Origin: Desulfomonilia bacterium
GTDB lineage: Bacteria; Desulfobacterota; Desulfomonilia; UBA1062
NCBI GenBank assembly: GCA_963664325.2
Contig: CAXXDQ010000008.1
Span: 1-64,000 of the forward strand
Reading direction: 5' to 3'
Length of the DNA: 64,000 bases
The notes beneath the pieces were generated by a model. The model was not told the DNA's origin and made no database searches. It worked only from the letters and a program-made list of their open reading frames with translations. Below, piece after piece: positions 61,671 to 64,000 of this stretch. The position numbers and the translations under genes are program-made. Each line of letters starts with the position of its first letter. Position 1 is the stretch's first letter.

Positions 61671-62534
61671 ATGAGCGACATTCCGGTATTTTTTCTTCAT
61701 GGATTGGCGTATGCCGGTCTTCTTTTTTTGGTATCGGCGGGATTGACGCTGGTATTCGGGATGATGAACGTTTTAAACTTTGCCCATGCGGCCATGTACA
61801 TGCTGGGGGCTTATTTTTCCTATACCATCCTGTTGCAGACCACGGGCCAGTTCTGGCTGTCCCTGATGGTTTGTCCCGTCCTCCTTTTTATCATAGGCGC
61901 CCTGATCGAGCGATTTCTCCTGCGTCGCGTCCATGTGCACGGCCATGTGTCGGAGTTGCTTTTGACCTTCGGCCTGGCCTATATCATTACGGAACTCGTG
62001 AAATGGTACTGGGGGAACTATCCGCTGGCGGTGAACCTTGAAGGCATTTTAGGAAGCACCGTCGAGATCATCGGCATCACGTATCCCGTGTACCGCATTT
62101 TCATATTCCTCTGTGCAATCTTTGTCGGCACCATTATGGCATTGATTCTCTACAAGACCCGTCTCGGCATCATCCTCCGGGCAGCGGTGAACGACAGTGA
62201 GATGGCCAACACCCTGGGTGTGAACGTGCCCCTGGTTTTTATGGGCGTGTTTGCCTTTGGCGCGGCTCTTTCGGGTTTTGCCGGCGTGATCGCGGGTCCG
62301 CTCCTTTCGACGTTTCCGGGCATGGCCCAGGAAATCCTGATCGATGCCTTCGTGGTCATCGTCGTGGGCGGTTTCGGAAGCTTGGGCGGTGCCGTCATTG
62401 CGTCCATCCTTATCGGGGAGCTCCAGTCGTTCGGGGTTCTCTTATTCCCGAAATTATCGATGGCCCTGGTCTACCTCCTCATGGCGGCCGTTCTGATCAT
62501 CAAGCCATCCGGACTCTTTGGGGAGGAACAGTAA
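61671..62534 (+). CDS. ABC permease (LivH-like)
   Basis: GLTLVFGMMNVLNFAH. Confidence 0.92.
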   Translation: MSDIPVFFLHGLAYAGLLFLVSAGLTLVFGMMNVLNFAHAAMYMLGAYFSYTILLQTTGQFWLSLMVCPVLLFIIGALIERFLLRRVHVHGHVSELLLTFGLAYIITELVKWYWGNYPLAVNLEGILGSTVEIIGITYPVYRIFIFLCAIFVGTIMALILYKTRLGIILRAAVNDSEMANTLGVNVPLVFMGVFAFGAALSGFAGVIAGPLLSTFPGMAQEILIDAFVVIVVGGFGSLGGAVIASILIGELQSFGVLLFPKLSMALVYLLMAAVLIIKPSGLFGEEQ

Positions 62535-63538
62535 TGAAGCGCAGCTACCTGACCTATATCGCCATCGTCGTGATATTTCTGCTGGGGGCCTTGATGCCCG
62601 TGATCCTCAAGCAATACCATCTGAATATGCTGACGGAAATCATTATCTTTGCCCTGTATGCCGTCAGCTACAACCTGCTGCTGGGTTATGCGGGAATGCT
62701 TTCCTTCGGCCATGCCATGTTTTTCGGCCTGGGCGCTTTCATCACGGCCGTCACCGTTATCCATATCCAGGGTCTGGCCCTGTGGAATGCCGTATTGATT
62801 GCCGTATTGGCAACCATTGCGGCCGGATTCGTCATCGGCTGCCTCCTGCTTCGGCATAAGGGTTCCTATTTCGCCCTGTTGACCCTGGCCTTCAATTCAC
62901 TCTTCTATGCCGTGGCCACCAAATGGCATTCCGTCACAGGCGGCGATGACGGTTTAAGCATCACGCGGCCCAATCTGGAATTGGGTTTTACGACCATTTC
63001 CATGGCCGATCTGACGAACTTCTATTATGTGACGTTGATTGTCGTGGGCGTCGCCATCGTGTTCTGCTGGTACTTTACCCAGACGGCGATGGGCAAGACG
63101 GTTCTGCTCATGCGGGAGAACGAGGAGCGCATGAAATTTCTCGGCTATAACACGAATATCAGCCGCCTGATTCTGTTCACCTTTACGGGCGCCGTCGCCG
63201 GATTGGCCGGTGCGTTCTATACCCTTCATTTTCAGTTTGTTTCCATCTCGGCGATCAGCGTCGATATGACCACGGCCGTTCTGTTGATGACCTTCGTCGG
63301 AGGAACGGGCACTTTCTGGGGTCCCATTCTCGGCGCTCTGGTCTATATCGTGCTACAGAATTATCTGAGCAATATAACGGACCGCTGGCCGATTTTTATG
63401 GGATTCATTTTCATTTTCATGGTCTTGTTCATACCCGGCGGACTTTCCGAGATTATCACCAATATCAGGCAGCGGCTGTTCGGGCATCATGGCAAAGACG
63501 ACGGGAAGGCCGTACCGACGGAGGAAGCGACATCATGA
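62534..63538 (+). CDS. ABC permease (LivM-like)
   Basis: GMLSFGHAMFFG, TGGDDG. Confidence 0.92.
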   Translation: MKRSYLTYIAIVVIFLLGALMPVILKQYHLNMLTEIIIFALYAVSYNLLLGYAGMLSFGHAMFFGLGAFITAVTVIHIQGLALWNAVLIAVLATIAAGFVIGCLLLRHKGSYFALLTLAFNSLFYAVATKWHSVTGGDDGLSITRPNLELGFTTISMADLTNFYYVTLIVVGVAIVFCWYFTQTAMGKTVLLMRENEERMKFLGYNTNISRLILFTFTGAVAGLAGAFYTLHFQFVSISAISVDMTTAVLLMTFVGGTGTFWGPILGALVYIVLQNYLSNITDRWPIFMGFIFIFMVLFIPGGLSEIITNIRQRLFGHHGKDDGKAVPTEEATS

Positions 63539-64000
63539 ACGATTATTTGCAAGTTCAGGACATTCATAAGGATTTTTCAGGTCTCCAGGTTCTGACGGGA
63601 GTGACATTCACCGTACGTCAGCAGGAAAGGCATGCCGTTATCGGCCCGAACGGTGCGGGCAAGACGACGCTGTTCAACATCATCAGCGGCAAGTTCAAGC
63701 CATCATCCGGCGCAATCCTTTTTAAGGGGCAGGACATTTCGGGCAAGGCGCCGCATGTATTGAACCGCCACAGCCTGTCCCGCTCTTTCCAGATTACGAA
63801 TGTGTTTCAGGAGCTGAGCGTTTTCGACAATATTCTATCCGGTGTGCGCTCCCGCAGCGGCATGCGCTACAACTTTTTTCGCAGGCCGGACCACAGCCCG
63901 GCGATCATGGCGCAAACGGAGGCCCTTGTCGAGGAAGTCGGGCTCCGGGATGTGAAGGATCAGCCGGCCAGTTCTCTATCCTATGGCCAGCAGCGTGCCC
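63535..64000 (+). CDS. ABC ATP-binding protein (LivG-like), runs off the window
   Basis: IGPNGAGKTTLFN, RSFQ, LSYGQQR. Confidence 0.9.
   Translation, partial: MNDYLQVQDIHKDFSGLQVLTGVTFTVRQQERHAVIGPNGAGKTTLFNIISGKFKPSSGAILFKGQDISGKAPHVLNRHSLSRSFQITNVFQELSVFDNILSGVRSRSGMRYNFFRRPDHSPAIMAQTEALVEEVGLRDVKDQPASSLSYGQQRA

Noticed and set aside
1-64000. CRISPR array, tRNA or rRNA
   Set aside because: No regularly spaced repeat-spacer units or recognisable structural RNA genes were seen by eye

Overview
The window looks like a chromosomal segment of an anaerobic, probably syntrophic deltaproteobacterium (Syntrophales/Desulfobacterota-like; inferred from gene content only). Left to right: (1) 1-4.2 kb is the distal part of an integron-type cassette array. 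It holds four type II toxin-antitoxin cassettes and an HD-hydrolase cassette. One attC site carries an internally deleted group IIC-attC intron, and three other cassette ends are occupied by copies of a GGGGTCGGAC-ended MITE/REPIN-like element. (2) An MFS, amidohydrolase and aminotransferase operon. (3) A Mu-like prophage relic (cI fragment, ner, probable element end) next to an intact AT-rich ABC-ATPase(DUF3696) plus TOPRIM-nuclease pair, the best candidate for an undescribed anti-phage system. (4) A GntR/ABC/AbfD-like dehydratase/class III CoA-transferase catabolic operon. (5) A sigma54 activator and a porin, bracketed by ~520-bp direct repeats that each encode a small secreted protein. (6) Housekeeping genes, including leuA-leuC under an unannotated Leu-rich leader-peptide attenuator. 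(7) A sigma54-controlled glutarate cluster (gctAB, glutaryl-CoA dehydrogenase, gcdA, dicarboxylate carrier). (8) dinB with an SOS-like box, a TetR-fixCX-acyl-CoA dehydrogenase-etfBA operon, and assorted genes. Nearly every gene between ~41.4 and 57.2 kb has 1-bp frameshifts, most likely sequencing errors. No CRISPR array, rRNA or tRNA was seen. All calls come from reading motifs by eye; no database searches were run.
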